A stretch of DNA of 61,946 bases, counting the filler, from Dirinaria sp. TL-2023a (lineage: Eukaryota): the NCBI GenBank assembly GCA_051941275.1. It is 2 parts of 2 records of this genome, joined end to end, with 100 filler letters (N's around TTAATTAATTAA, not from the genome) between each part and the next. Parts side by side here need not be neighbours in the genome. Positions count along the whole stretch, not along the records: positions 31,027 to 61,946 come from JAVEBF010000098.1; 1 more part is not named here. One strand, written 5' to 3'. The first letter of the stretch is position 1. Every line of letters begins with the position of its first letter. Under the pieces are notes generated by a model. It was not told the DNA's origin, did not search any database, and saw nothing but the letters and a program-made list of their open reading frames with translations. Below are positions 37,918 through 51,490 of this stretch, one piece after another. The translations under genes were made by a program, and so were the position numbers.

Positions 37918-39229
37918 ATGTAAACCAAGTCGAATCTTCTAACACGGGGTTATCCGTAGCATTGCTTTCCACCTCTGTACTTAGCTAGGAGCTTCTTTTT
38001 TAAATTTGTGCAATGTGGCGTTGTGCTGTTACGTGCAGATTGCAAGCAGACATGAACATGCAAACTGCTTCAATTCCAATATTTGGTACCTACCAAGTTT
38101 CTGACATCCGTATTACAGTGGAAAGCTCCCTTGATTGGGCGTCGCCGGCCGTAGAGACAGTAGATAAAGTACTCGGCCGCAGCAGCTTGTTGTAATATTT
38201 CCATAAAGCTTAGCTTGCCTCTACCTGGACTACTTGACCTCTACCGGTCAAATATCACGCTGAGCATCCTAAGGTACTTTCAGGACAACTTGGAATGGGA
38301 AGGAAGTTTACATTTTAGGGTTAGGGTTGTTCTTTGGCTGTGAGGCTGGCCAGTGTCCAGTCTGCTGGAATTATTGATGCAAAATCTGACAGGTGGAGTC
38401 GCGAATTCTAGACCTTCTGCGCGGAGCGAGGACAAACCCCATTCTTCTGGAAGGAGTCTCTTTATGAATTCGTAATTTCTAGCTATTGGGCGGATGTCAT
38501 GCATTGCTTGCTGTCTATGGCTTTTTCTGCACCTTCGGCTCCTCGCTTCGAAGTCAGCCCATCTAGATACCCACGCCCTCTTTTCCCCGCCTGATTTTCG
38601 ATACGACTCCACTATCACCTTCGTTCCCAGCAAGTAGGAAGTACATCCTTGAGTCTGGAGAATGCGATTGTCGGATGTGGATTCCGCGCCTATCAGCTTC
38701 CTTATGGGCCGGAAACCCATCGATCGAAGCACCCAAGGTAGTACCAGCAATCTATAAGAATTCTAACTAAATCTCAATTGCGGCATCCTTCACCAATTGA
38801 ATCAGTCGGCGTCTGAGACACACCTCGCGGTGCGTTGTCCATGTGCGAGGCAGCGCCGATCTGTCCCACGTTGTTGGACCGCAGGACGGGAGGATCACAA
38901 TGGTCTACCAGCTCATGCGTGAACGCGGCCGCCCTGACGAGGCTAAACAGCACGAAACAAGCAACTTCTGCACCGATCAAAAGTTGACCCGTCTGCTCTG
39001 TGGTTCAGCGCCGGTTGATCAATCGCTTCATCGTGATGTTGATCATACGTGATTTAGATAAGTATATCGTCCTAGTCTCCCTGCTCGCCTTCTCTTTAGT
39101 TTCGCTCTCTCTCTCGCGCAATGCTATAGCGTCATTGCTATAGCAAGGTTATCTAGCAAGACTTTCTTAGATGTCTTTCCTCGAGATACAGAACGCTTAA
39201 GTCACTGAAACTCAAACCTTTTCGATATT

Positions 39230-41016
39230 ATGGCCCCTACAGCCCAGGCCGAAAGACCTCCATCGCCAGATATCAGCTCCGATACCGCTCGTGGTAGCGA
39301 TGCTCCTAGCACTGACGAAAAGAAGGACCGGAAAGGGCCTGTTAGTCTAAGAGACGATGGGAAAATCGAGTGCACCGAAGAAGATAATTACCAGCACACA
39401 GCCTATTGTTTCCCAAAATGGAAGAAGTGGACCATTCTCACTGTCATCTTCGCTGTACAGGTATCCATGAACTTCAATACCAGTGTGTACCCCAACGTTG
39501 TAATCCCCTTGACAAAGGCTTTCCATGTCACCGGGCAAGCAGCGAGAACAGGGCAGATGATCTTCCTTGTATGCTACGCTTTCGGGTGTGAGCTTTGGGC
39601 TCCTTGGTCCGAGGAATTCGGTAGATGGCCAATCCTCCAGCTTTCACTCTTTCTTGTCAATATTTGGCAGATCCCATGCGCATTGGCTCCAAACTTTGGT
39701 ACCATAGTTGTCTGTCGTGGCCTTGGTGGCCTTTCGTCCGCGGGAGGATCAGTAACTCTAGGTATTTCGTCTCGGCCATCATGCACTCTGTGTGGAAAAC
39801 TGACCTATGACATAGGAATGGTCGCCGATCTGTTTGAAGCAGATCATCAACAGTATGGCGTGGCATATATTGTGCTATCCTCTGTCGGTGGGACTAGCAT
39901 AGGGCCCGTCGTCGGCGCATTTATACAGCGTCACTTGAGCTGGCATTGGAACTTCTGGATACAGTTGATATTTGGAGTCGCCGTCCAAGCCATGCACTTT
40001 TTTCTGGTCCCAGAGACTCGAACTACGATCATGATGGATAAGCTGGCTAAAAAGAGACGTAAAGCCGGGGAAACCAACATCTGGGGACCAAATGAGTTGA
40101 AGGAAAACAGAATCAGCTTCAAGGAGTTGAAGACAGTCTGGACGAGACCATTCATCATGTTTGTCTTCGAGCCCATAGTGTTGTGCCTTTCCTTGCTCTC
40201 CGGATTCTCAGATGCGCTGATCTTCACGTTCCTCGAATCCTTCGAACCTGTTTACAAACAGTGGACGTTTGGAACCACTGCTATAGGTCTCGCATTTATT
40301 CCCATTAGTATGTATCTAAATAGCTCATAATCAGAGTCTCCCCAGCTAACAGGTTACAGATATTGGCTATGTGATTGCTTGGTTTTCATTCTTCCCTTTC
40401 ATTTACCGACAGAACAAAATCAGACGAAAAGATCCAGACGCTCTACAGCCAGAAGCTCGTTTGTATTGGTTACTCTATACTGCGCCATTAGAGACTATTG
40501 GACTTTTTGGCTTCGCCTGGTCTAGTCTTGGACCGGGTCGCGGCGTCCATTGGATCGCTCCCATGATTTTCTCCGTACTAATTGCCATCGCGAATGTAAG
40601 TACCTTCAACGGGTTGTACTAGAAGTGGTGTCAAGGCAATCGATCTAATGCGAAAGTAGTATTCAATCTATATGGCCACCATTGATTATATGGTCGCCTC
40701 TTATGGGCCCTATTCTGCCTCTGCTACGGGTGGCAACGGCTTCGCACGCGACTTCCTTGCTGGCATCGCAGCTATGTACAGCACTCCTTTCTACGAGAAA
40801 GTGGGTAAGACGTACAAACTTGAATATCCATCCACGATCTTGGCCTGCCTGGCCTTCGTCGTCACAATCCCAATCTACGTGTTCTACTGGAAGGGTCCAA
40901 TTGTCCGAGAAAGGAGCAAGTTTGCACAGACCTTAGCGAGCGATCGTAAGAAGAAGGGAGGAGGTAGGGTCAGTAGTGTAGGAGCCGAGGCGGACGCTGA
41001 GAAGGGAAAAGGCTAG
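39230..41016 (+). CDS. MFS transporter, DHA1 (drug:H+ antiporter/polyamine transporter) family, 4 exons
   Basis: WKKW, APWSEEFGR, WHWNFW, VPETR, EPIV, QPEARL, YGPYSASA motifs; introns near 39762-39815, 40308-40359 and 40595-40659. Confidence 0.92.
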
Positions 41017-41755
41017 GCTGCTTTGACACGAGGCGTTGAAGATCTCGAAAGTAATTGACAATCGTCAAGTCCATGCTTCTGCACTCAGATACCATCTTAT
41101 GTTCATTGCCAATAGCCCTTTGTCAACTAGAAGATTGTAGATTTACATTTCACAACTAGTCATGTCTTGCGCCTGCTTCCCAGTTCATTTGTAGTAGCAT
41201 CTGGATCGATAGCGATTTTTGGGAGCGCCACAGATCCTCAGCCTTGTATCGCCTCTGCCTATTGTGCAAGCCACAAATTGATGAGACATGGTCTTCACCT
41301 TGCGCTAGTTGAGCTCTTTGTAATATTATAATGGCCGGACTATGGGACTTCATAGCAATAGTGAATCCCAACACTTCGTATTTTTTGCTAGGCGCACACA
41401 GAAGTGGATTCGTCTCTATATACTTTAGGTAACACCTTCAAATCTGGCTCCATCACTTTACAGGACGGAGACCAGGGGTCGAACACGTAACGCCTTTTCC
41501 CTCTTCCGATACCTCTTTCCGCTTACTCGACAGCGAGCGAGAGCCCGGCTGTCCAACTTCAAGCACGGTACCCTTCCCTATTACCGCCTACGAGCGCAGT
41601 CACGCCTCTTCCGGTACATTGCCAACCGCCAGGCTAGCGTTCAGAGAAAAAAGGCAGCAGGCAGAACCATCTTAGCCCGTCTGGGTATTGGGAGAAGGAA
41701 CAGGGCCTTTGCAGCGCTCAGGTCAAAATATGCGCAACCGCCAGAGGCCAGCAAG

Positions 41756-44365
41756 ATGACACAGCCTGGCGGGATGCCAGGCTCTGGCAGCCTCAGAGGT
41801 GCATCACCTAATTCTACCAATGGCTACAGTTATCCTCCACATGAACGAGGCTCCAGACGCAGGAAATTAGCAGGTTATCTCAAGGCGGCAAATGAGCTTC
41901 GTCAGTCATACCTGGGGAGCGACGGTCCTGCGGGGGAGGATTACTCGAGCACACCGGGTTCCTTCCCGGAGCTGGCTTCAGCTCGCAATGGGCACGAGGA
42001 GATGATACTGTTCCCTAGCTACGCAAGGCGGCATTACCCTAGAAAGAGCAGCCAGGGTATACCCGAGAAGCCACATGATCTTCGGAGCAGCAACAGCACT
42101 GGAGATCCGGAGTACTGGAGAAGAGAGTGGGAGAAACATGAGGACGATACTTGCATTGTGGACGTTGATGTTAGGGGATGGATCTACTCTCCTCACCGCG
42201 GGCCCATGAGCCGGAAGAACAAAATACTAGTGGGCATCGCAAGGCGACTGAGTGGAATACCTGCGCCATCTGGTGACAGCAGGTCCTCGAGCCCCTCGAG
42301 TTCTGTTCGTTCAAGGATTGAATCTCATGCATCAAGAAAAGAGGAAGAACAGATCGAGCGAGAGGCGGAAACAATTGCGAGGAGAGGCGAAGGCGAAGCT
42401 GATGTCGCATGGCGAGGGGGGTTCAGTGAAATTTCAGGCCACAACAGTGATCAGATGAGCGTACGTAGCTCACCAGCTCCTAGTAGAACGGCTTCTCCAG
42501 ACAAAGAGCTTTCGCCACGGGTTTCAGCCCGTTCGAACAACGGCTCTATCTACGACGAGGGTGCCTCATCCATCAGTTCGCTTGAGAAGCGAACGTCGTT
42601 ATGGAGCCAGCCACAAGATATGACCCCTGCAGAGATTGCTGCTGCCAATGCACATCTGATGTCAAGGCTAAAACCGTTTCTTCACATTCCACTTATTGAT
42701 ACATCCCTCACGGTGTTCTTTGACAACGATAAAACATCGAAATCGCGTAGTCTTACTACTAATGAGTCGGGCCATTTCTCGATACGAACGCCTTTGGATT
42801 TCGTACCTACTCATGTACGGGTTCTTGCTTCAGATAAACTTTCTGCTACTGAGGAGGTGAGAGTAACGGAACCAAAAGGCGTGAGTGTTATCAGTGACAT
42901 CGATGACACGATCAAGCACTCGGGCATTGGCAATGGAGCTAAGGAGATCTTTCGAAATGTCTTCATCCGCGAACTTAGCGACCTGACAATTCCGGGAGTC
43001 AAAGAGTGGTATAGCAACATGGCCAGTACAGGCGCTCAATTTCACTACGTATCCAACGCACCTTGGCAACTGTATCCAATTTTGACCAGTTTCTTTGCAA
43101 TGGCTGGCCTTCCGAAGGGTACGTATCATTTGAAGCAATACAATGGAATGCTGCAAGGAATATTTGAGCCGGTCGCAGAACGAAAGAAGGCATCGCTAGA
43201 TAAAATTATCCAAGACTTCCCTGAACGACGATTTATACTTGTTGGCGACAGCGGCGAGGCAGATCTGGAGTTGTACACCGAAATTGTTTTAGCAAACCCT
43301 GGGCGAGTTCTAGGGGTGTTCATACGAGATGTTACTACCGTGATGCCTCAGGGGTACTTCGATTCGTCTGCCAAACCCTTGCGGGAACGGGGCTCTCAGT
43401 CACCAACTCGTACTCGGCAGAAAGACGGTAGGGCTTTATCACCCCAGAAATCCATGCCAGATCTTGCCCATAAGCCAGACCTACCGCCTAGACCGTCAAT
43501 CAGGTCCGTCCACTCAATAGCTGAGCCAGAAAAGACCGGGCCAACTATGGGTCAGCTGATTGATTACGACGAACAGCCAGAAGCAAGCGAGAAACGCTCA
43601 TCGACAGTCCCAAAAACAGACAATAAAGAATCGACAGCATCAGAGGGGTCACCGCCACCAAGGCGGCCTTCAAAGCCCACCGCTTTACGAAACGGTTCAG
43701 GAGACCTCCTAAAAATGACACCACTTCATTCGGACCCGAAACCTTCTTCCCCAATCGTTCGGAGGCCGGTCCCGCCACCAAAGCCGCGGCAGCTATCTCG
43801 CTCTCAAGACTCCACTCAGCCTTTAGACCGCAGTCCATTATCGCAAACTCAAATGATGTCACCGCCCGGCAGTAGATCTTCTTCGCCCGAGCGCCAAAGC
43901 TACCGTGCAACAGTGCGTGAAAAGGTGGCTTCTGCTTACAACTCCCTTCCAGCATGGTCTTCATCTACACAATCCCAACAACAAGCGTCCCAGCCTCCGT
44001 CCCGATTATCTCCGGCAGATGATCTTAACCGTACGCAGAAGCTTCCGCCTCCAGTGCCTCCACGGCGTGGTCTCAGCTCCTACCCGGCGGCTGCAGCCCA
44101 CTATGCGAGCAACCGCCTGAGTGGTGGATGGAGTGGGAACGACTCCGAATATAGCAAGGACGACCCTGGTGGATACTCGAACTCTCGCAACTCTATCCCG
44201 CAAATGAGTAAGAGGGAGGAGATATGGAAGCGCAGATGGGCAAGGGCAAAAGAGCTCCTGAATGATAAAGGAGTGATGCTACGCAGCTGGAGGAATGGCG
44301 ACGATGTTATGGACGAAACACTCAAGCTAATCGAAAGCACTAAAAAAGAGAAAGGTGGGGCTTAA
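41756..44365 (+). CDS. APP1: Actin-patch phosphatidate phosphatase App1 homolog
   Basis: HAD-like DxDxT motif ISDIDDTIK, HYVSNAPWQLY, LVGDSGEADLE; Pro-rich SH3-binding C-terminus. Confidence 0.9.
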   Translation: MTQPGGMPGSGSLRGASPNSTNGYSYPPHERGSRRRKLAGYLKAANELRQSYLGSDGPAGEDYSSTPGSFPELASARNGHEEMILFPSYARRHYPRKSSQGIPEKPHDLRSSNSTGDPEYWRREWEKHEDDTCIVDVDVRGWIYSPHRGPMSRKNKILVGIARRLSGIPAPSGDSRSSSPSSSVRSRIESHASRKEEEQIEREAETIARRGEGEADVAWRGGFSEISGHNSDQMSVRSSPAPSRTASPDKELSPRVSARSNNGSIYDEGASSISSLEKRTSLWSQPQDMTPAEIAAANAHLMSRLKPFLHIPLIDTSLTVFFDNDKTSKSRSLTTNESGHFSIRTPLDFVPTHVRVLASDKLSATEEVRVTEPKGVSVISDIDDTIKHSGIGNGAKEIFRNVFIRELSDLTIPGVKEWYSNMASTGAQFHYVSNAPWQLYPILTSFFAMAGLPKGTYHLKQYNGMLQGIFEPVAERKKASLDKIIQDFPERRFILVGDSGEADLELYTEIVLANPGRVLGVFIRDVTTVMPQGYFDSSAKPLRERGSQSPTRTRQKDGRALSPQKSMPDLAHKPDLPPRPSIRSVHSIAEPEKTGPTMGQLIDYDEQPEASEKRSSTVPKTDNKESTASEGSPPPRRPSKPTALRNGSGDLLKMTPLHSDPKPSSPIVRRPVPPPKPRQLSRSQDSTQPLDRSPLSQTQMMSPPGSRSSSPERQSYRATVREKVASAYNSLPAWSSSTQSQQQASQPPSRLSPADDLNRTQKLPPPVPPRRGLSSYPAAAAHYASNRLSGGWSGNDSEYSKDDPGGYSNSRNSIPQMSKREEIWKRRWARAKELLNDKGVMLRSWRNGDDVMDETLKLIESTKKEKGGA

Positions 44366-45116
44366 TACTGTGAGAAATCTAGAATTTTTGTATCTTTTGC
44401 TTATTGAGCATGCATTGTCGTTGGAAGCATAGCGAGGGCGCTGGAAGAGGAAATCTCAAGATCTTGCGAAGACACTAGATAGCGCGAATATACCCTCCGA
44501 TCCGCTCAGAGTTATCTACCAGTATTTTTCTAAGCAGATTCAATTGGTCATCATGCCATGCGTGTACTGTATAAAGCAGTGAGCTTTTCGTGCTCAATCT
44601 TGGTAAAATGCAGATGATACCCAATTTTAATTCAAGCACTACCTTAACCGGCGCTTACACCCAGCCTCGTTCCTGATGCTCAGGCCTTTCTTTCTGGCCT
44701 TAACAGTGATTTTGCGTGGTCGAAAAGTTCGAAAGAGGACTACTTATCGGGCTGTAGGTTTGCAATGGGTGAGATGCCCAACGTAACATCGCTCGATTCC
44801 TCTAAGGAGTACTCCGTACTCAGTACTTATATCTCACGTCGAACTATGCGATGGTGGCTGTTTGAGTTGTTTAGGGCTAGCAGAGACGCTAGACCCAAAG
44901 TGGAAGTCTGTTGACGGGGAGACGCGCGACAGCCTGCCCCACCACCATCGCGCCTGTATGTAGTGGATCTGATAGATCAGTCATCATCACTTCGACGCCG
45001 CGACGCTCCGAGGCACACAGCTACGCAGCATCACTAGAGTGGCGAAATGTCCAAACACAAACAATGACAGCACGAATCGACCCTTCAGCGAACATACATT
45101 CAATTGTCGACGAGCC

Positions 45117-48100
45117 ATGGACCAGCTGTTCGACTCCCTATCAGAAGACTGGATCTCCCAACCTCGCTCTCCTGGATCCGAGCAGGCTCGGCGTAGCTCG
45201 TCCCTAGCAAGCAGTCCAAGTCAATCGAGCAATGCGTCGCAAAGCCGCATACCGCGCCTCAAACCTCGGCTTAGCTCTCGCCACTCTGCTGAAGCAACGA
45301 CACAACGACGAAGCTCATCCATACCTTTGTCCGCGAGCGCAAAACGACCATTATCGGAAAAATCATCTTCGAAGCTAAACTCCTTCAACAATGGACAAGG
45401 CACCAGAGATGCTGGTGATAAGCACAAGTCGAGCCCCAAGAGTACTAAAGCAAAAAATGGACAGCGACCAAAGAATCCAGCGACGGCCATTTCGCAGGAC
45501 ACTGTTCAGGTTAAGTTATCTCCAACCAAGGAGACGGCAAACCACGGCACGCCTGAATGGAAGAGGAGGTTAAAGAGCAACAGTGGCTCTACGGAGCAGC
45601 AGGATCTCTTCAGTCCAATAGGGCTTGAGAATGTATTCAGGCCTCCAACAATCAAAGTCAAAGCAGAAGAGCGCAACAGGCGGCAACGGCCGGCTGCCAT
45701 CGGAGATAAAAACCGAAGCCCTTCGCGATCGATTGCGCAATCTGGTCAATTATCTGCTTCACGGACAGAGACCAATGGTGAAGGTGCGCGGCCTAGTGAC
45801 TTACTTCTGGAGACCGTCGACGAAGGCGCAGAGGCCGATTGCGACGGCTTTGGCGAAGGAGTATCAAATCAAGAATTGAAGGCGAAGGCAGAAGGGTCAT
45901 CGCCTGGACAACATCCCTCTCCTGGGCCGTCCAAGCGATCTGGAAATGGGTCATTAGATGGCATTCAGCGGCGCAAATCGATATCTTCCGGAGAGCGTAG
46001 CGCAACCCCAACCGCCAGAATCTCTTCAAGAGCCCAAATTAATGAAGATCCCGGACTTTCACCCAATATTTCTCCCTCTGAGCACACACGGGTTACCAGC
46101 GGCCAAACTATGATTTCCAGTGAAGAGCTGAGCCCATGCTATGTTTCTCGTCAGGATACTATCGATGGTCGAATTAACTACGCTACTATCTCAGATGCTG
46201 AAAAGGTCCACCAACTGATGCAAGAAGCCATGCAACAGAGGCAGCAGGGGCCAGAATCATCCTCGAGCAATGGCAAGGTCAACTACGCAGGCCAAAGCTC
46301 ACCACCCCGGTCACCGCCCCAATGTTACTCTGAACTTACTAGTCACTCTCTGCCCGAGGACCTATCTACCGGTACTATGGAATTTGTGGCGAATGGAGGC
46401 TTTGTTAATGCACGGCGTGGCGGCTACTCACAGGAAGGATCGTTCTTGAGGCGACCACTGAGCCCCTCGTCGCGAGTTTCGCAAACGGCGAATGGATCGA
46501 GTCCTTCAACAACGCCAAGAAGAAGATCTACCGGTAGTCTACTAGAGCCATTAGGAAAGCAAGCAGGGCCAGAAGTTCCACCTACAACACCCAGGCGCCA
46601 ACAAGCTGGAGGGCCTAGCAGCCATGAGCGGCCAAGGTCATCCGGAAGTCCATTGAAGCTGTTCGATAAATATGATACCTTCACGAACGATCGTTTATCA
46701 AGACGAATGAGCAAATTCGAAGAGGGTCCACACGACAGCGTAGACCAAAAGGTTAAGCAAGCAAAGCCTCGACTAAGGCAAAGTTCAAGCGTGAGCAATT
46801 TCGGCGAAGGAGCACTGGATGATCACGCGTTTACTTCATCTCATCCACTACAGTCGCACCACTCCGCTAAGGAAGACGAAAGTCCTCCCTTGCCAGAGAA
46901 CAACGCTTCCGGTTTTCGATTTGAGGAGTCGCGAGACGAGCCTCCGGACAGCCATCCAAGAAGCAAACGAAAGAAACGCACTTCGTTGCCAACAGATACC
47001 GTTGCCAATCTTCAGAAGTCGGCAAATGAAGAATTAGCCAGTAATGGAGATTGGAAGCCCACAGCCGAAGTCATCATATCCGCTGCCGGTAAACGACTAC
47101 CATATTCACCAGCCAAAGATCCAAAGCCTAAACGCCGACGAACACTGCTTGAGGCAGAACTGCAATTGGATACGATGGCTCCTCCGCGGCATTCGGAGGT
47201 TGTGGAAGCCGCTACAAAGACCGTGCTGAGTCGTAAAAGGAAGGACGCTTTATACGAAAGCAGTAGTCAGGTCGCAGACCCCAGTGTCCTAGCGTCACGC
47301 CAAATGTTACGCCCTAGAAACCCTACACCAAATCAAAGCGGAGCTCGTGGCTTCTATCCTGGGTTTATGAATTCACGGGTTAACATAGGCGATGTAAATA
47401 AGCAACAGCACGAGACTCCAGCGATGACCGTGGACGCTTCTACAGAGAAGCTTGCAGAGGAGTTAGCCGGTCGGGCTCTGAATGCGGCTCAAGCCATGAA
47501 TGATGGTACCCGGAAGCCGTCCGTCGCAACAGCCGATTTTTTCAATGAAGCACAGCAAATTATGCAGCTGATCCGAGCGAAAGGCCGTCCTCCGAGTAGT
47601 CACATTAGCGAGGAAGAAGCTGCCTCTGATTGGGGAGATGATAGCTATGATTCGGACCAACTAGACTCGACAAAAGATCAATTCTCAAGGCCGCCCAGTC
47701 GAGAAGGCGGCAGCTTACGTAGAGTGCGTGAGCCTAAGCAATTGGATGCTAGAGTCGTCAGCCAATTGCGGAAATTCAGAGACACCGACGACATGGGGAT
47801 GACGCTATCGTCTTCTCTGAAGTCTCTTCAGATTGGTCAGCCGACTAGTATGCCAACCAATCAAGCGAACGGAGCACATGCTGGTGATGAAATGGAAAGC
47901 GATGTGGACATTCGTATACTTAGTGTAAAACCAGGAACGCAGCAGTCTTCATCTGCGACTACAGATGCCTTCAATACCAATAGTACCACCCAGATGCAAT
48001 CCGTAGGATCTCATAATACGTCAGGACCGTCAAGCGGCCGCTCAATCCCAACAGACTCGTCTCGGGGCTCCAAGAGTAGGGCAGTCATTGCGCCGGAGAC

Positions 48101-50832
48101 AGTTGCTCATCTTTTATCAGATCAGGTCGCTGGCATGACCTTCGATCATGAAAAGCAGGTATGGGTCAAGTCACAGAATTCCAAGGCGGACAAAGGGATT
48201 CGAAGAGGACACGCTAGCAGTGAAGCTACAGAGGAAGATCTGCTTGGTGCAATCCCGGATTTGAGTGTCGACGAGATCGAAGAGCTACAGCGGATCAAAT
48301 CGGCCGGATCTTCTTTAAAGAATGCACAGTCAATTATTGATCAGGTATCGAAAGCCGTCCAGGACAAGCTAGACAAACAAGGACGAGTACCCAACTATGC
48401 TAGTGATGATGTCGGCTCGCGGCCTCAGACGGCAGACAGCAAAAATACAAATCCACATGATGAAAGCTCTGGCCCTTCCAAGAACACCCGTTTTACATCT
48501 AGCGGCCCTCTACCCGAGACCCGAGCGACATCATGGGGTGGTGAAGCCGTTGGAAATGACTGCTCAAAAGCTGGAGGCCAGGAACATGCTGACCTTCACG
48601 AAATACAAGAAGAGGAACACGCAGAAGAAGTCGAGCATGAGATCAGTATTCTTGAAGGTCGTGTAGCCCAAACACCTAAGTGCCAAAATCATCGACAGCC
48701 TCGAGTAGTTACAGTGGCTTTCTCGTCGCCGCTGGTCGATCAAATCGAGGCTTCTATCCTCGATGAAGGATCTTGCATTTGGGACGACGCTGACGCGCTG
48801 AACTTTGATGACTCTCCTGTGCACCATCAAAAGGAAGGAGTGTCTCGCTCATCGAAACGAACGCCAAACAAATTTGGGCGCAAACAGCCTCATCGAAGAT
48901 CGTCTCGCCGTGTATCTATTGGGCACCAGTCCTTCATTGGTCGCCCAATGTCGCGTTTGGACGAACACGAAGAGCTTTCTCTCGTTCACTGTTCCAATAG
49001 TAGTAGCCAGGATAAAGCTGTGTCAACGCCGTTACGCAAAAACTCGTTAATCGTTCCCCTGAACTCAGCGCAAGCCTCAAATGTAAGTTTTCAGCTTAGT
49101 CCGCTCCCAGACTTCACAGTCCACGAGATCGATCGGCCTTTGGATCGGGTACAGGCTGCTCGTGGTCTCGAAGTCCACCATTGGTGGCAGGCGGACCAAA
49201 TAATCTCGCTCTCAACGCAAGCGATCGTTTCAAAACTCACAGATGTCGAGCCTTATGAGCCATATTGGGAACACCTGCGAAGAATGGATTTACGCAGCAA
49301 AGGGTTGGCGACACTGCATATGCTTAGCGGGTTTTGCGTCCGTTTAGAAGAACTTGATGTCTCCAATAATGAACTTCGAGAAGTGAACGATGCCCCGGCC
49401 TCGTTGCGATATCTTAGTGTCAGACAGAACGCATTGTCTAGCCTGACCGCTTGGGGTCACCTATGGAACCTACAGTACCTAGACGTCTCAGGGAACCAAC
49501 TTACCGACCTCAGAGGGTTCCAAACGCTTGTTCACCTGCGTGAGCTTAATGCGGATGATAACCGGATCGAAAGTCTTGAAGGAATCCTGAAGCTGGATGG
49601 CCTTCTTCGCTTGCGTTTGAGGAGGAATAGAATCGGCAACGCCGATTTTGGGGATTCTTCTCTGTATGAAACGCGCTTGAATCTAGATGCTTAGAAAGGC
49701 TAACCGGGAATTAGCAAGCGTCTCACTCACCTTGATCTTTGCGGTAATGTACTTGACAGCGTCTCGAACATCGACCGATTAACAAGCCTCAAGCATCTAA
49801 ACCTGAGTAAGCCAAAATCACTTGCTATGATAAACCGAGCTAATTGATACAGGTAACAACAACCTCAAAACACTAGATGGAGCCTTCTCAAGTCCTGTGA
49901 GCGCTTTATTCCATGTGGATGTTTCCAACAACGAGCTTTCCAGCTTAGATCTTGCCAATGTTCCTAACCTCCAAACCTTGAATCTCGACTACAACTCCAT
50001 CGCTCAAATCAGTTCTCTGTCTGATCATCAGGTTCTTCAAACCCTCTACTGGCGCTCTCAAAGTTTTCCTACTGGCTGTCCCTCAATGGAGGTCGAGTAT
50101 CAAGCTTGCCAAAATATCACAAATCTTTACCTATCCGGCAACAGGATCTCCACCTTTACTCCCTCCTCGGCATTCCTGAACCTCTGCACTCTCGAGCTTG
50201 CATCCACTGGCTTACAGCACCTGTCCACAGAATTTGGTTCGCGGTGTCCCAATCTGCGCCTGCTGAATCTGAATTTCAATGCAGTCAGTGACTTGCAACC
50301 TTTGCTTGGAATACTACGGCTAAAGGAACTATACCTTGCCGGTAACCGCATCTCACGGCTTCGAGCTACCGCCGGGACATTGAAAAGGCTGGGGCAAGAA
50401 TTCTCAGAGCTCGACCTTCGTATGAACCCCCTCTCTGTCGGTTTTTACACGCCTTCAACCCAGACGGGTTCCAGCAGCTCCGAGAAACAGCTCATGGTCC
50501 GTTCGCCTCAGGATCGAACTTCTCTGGAGGCGTCAGATCCCGAATCCGAAGCCAGATCCACACCAAAGGACACCCAATACCTCCTGCCGCAGCTGGACAG
50601 AGAATTCGACGCGTCGGCTCGGCACCGACTGGATGAAGACACGAAGCTCCGAAGACGAGTGTATGAGATGCTGTTGCTCACGAGTTGCAAATCGCTCGAA
50701 AGACTGGACGGCCTGGATATTGATCAGAGTTCGTTTCTTCGAAGGTATGACGCCGCGGCGTGGGATCAATTGAAGCATCTGGGCGTTTTGCGGGATAAGG
50801 ATTCTTCTTGTTCTTCAGGTCATGGGGGGTGA
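45117..50832 (+). CDS. NUD1: Septation/mitotic-exit network scaffold, leucine-rich-repeat protein (Nud1/Cdc11/SepK); exons 45117-49663, 49715-49806, 49853-50832
   Basis: LDSLSEDW-like N-terminus, TPEWKRR, DLFSPIGLENVF, SPLKLF..YDTFTN, LTDVEPYEPYW followed by many LxxLxLxxN repeats and RRRVYE...LDGL. Confidence 0.88.
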
Positions 50833-51209
50833 AAAAAAGCCCCTTGAGTGGCAAACAAAGCCCGGCGTTTTCGGTAAAGAGGGGGATAAGTAATGTAATG
50901 ATCCAGGGATCGGCATTAAGGTATTGCATGTTGTTCGGAGTTGTTGTTGGCCTTAGTCACCTTAGTTAGCTGGAGAGAATGCAAGGCCCCCACCCACACT
51001 ACACTGTGTACAGAGAGACAGAACAAAAAAAAAAGAAAGCATGGCGGTATAATAAAGGCTTTATCATAATAGTACGAGGACGAGTACATACCATGTGTGC
51101 AGCGAATTATGGTTTTTTTTTCAACTCTAAGTACTTTTCATTGGGCTGAATTGGGTTAGCATGGGGAACCTAGGTCAGGTCATGTATATACCGTAGTCGG
51201 TTCCTTTCT

Positions 51210-51490
51210 TTGAACTCTGGGGACGAGGGGACTGCTGTTTGAGATTTGAAAGTATTATTTTTCTGTTTACAAGCTGACAGAGGGAGAAGGGAAACCTGGA
51301 TTTGGTTTAGTGGGAGGGTTTTGCAGCGACTGATTTTGAACTCTGGGACTGTGATTTGGGATTTGAAAGTATTATTTCACTCGTTATAAGATGATAGAGG
51401 GATAAGTGAAACCTGGATTGGGTTTAGTGGTAGGGTTTTGCAGCGACCGATTTTTGAAGTCTGGGACTGTGATTTGGAGTTGGAAAGTAA
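51210..51490. repeat. Tandem repeat of ~120 bp, ~2.3 copies
   Basis: TTGAA(C/G)TCTGGG...GA(T/G)TT(T/G)GAAAGTA recurs at ~51210, ~51336 and ~51454; AAACCTGGATT..GTTTAGTGG.AGGGTTTTGCAGCGAC occurs twice. Confidence 0.88.
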
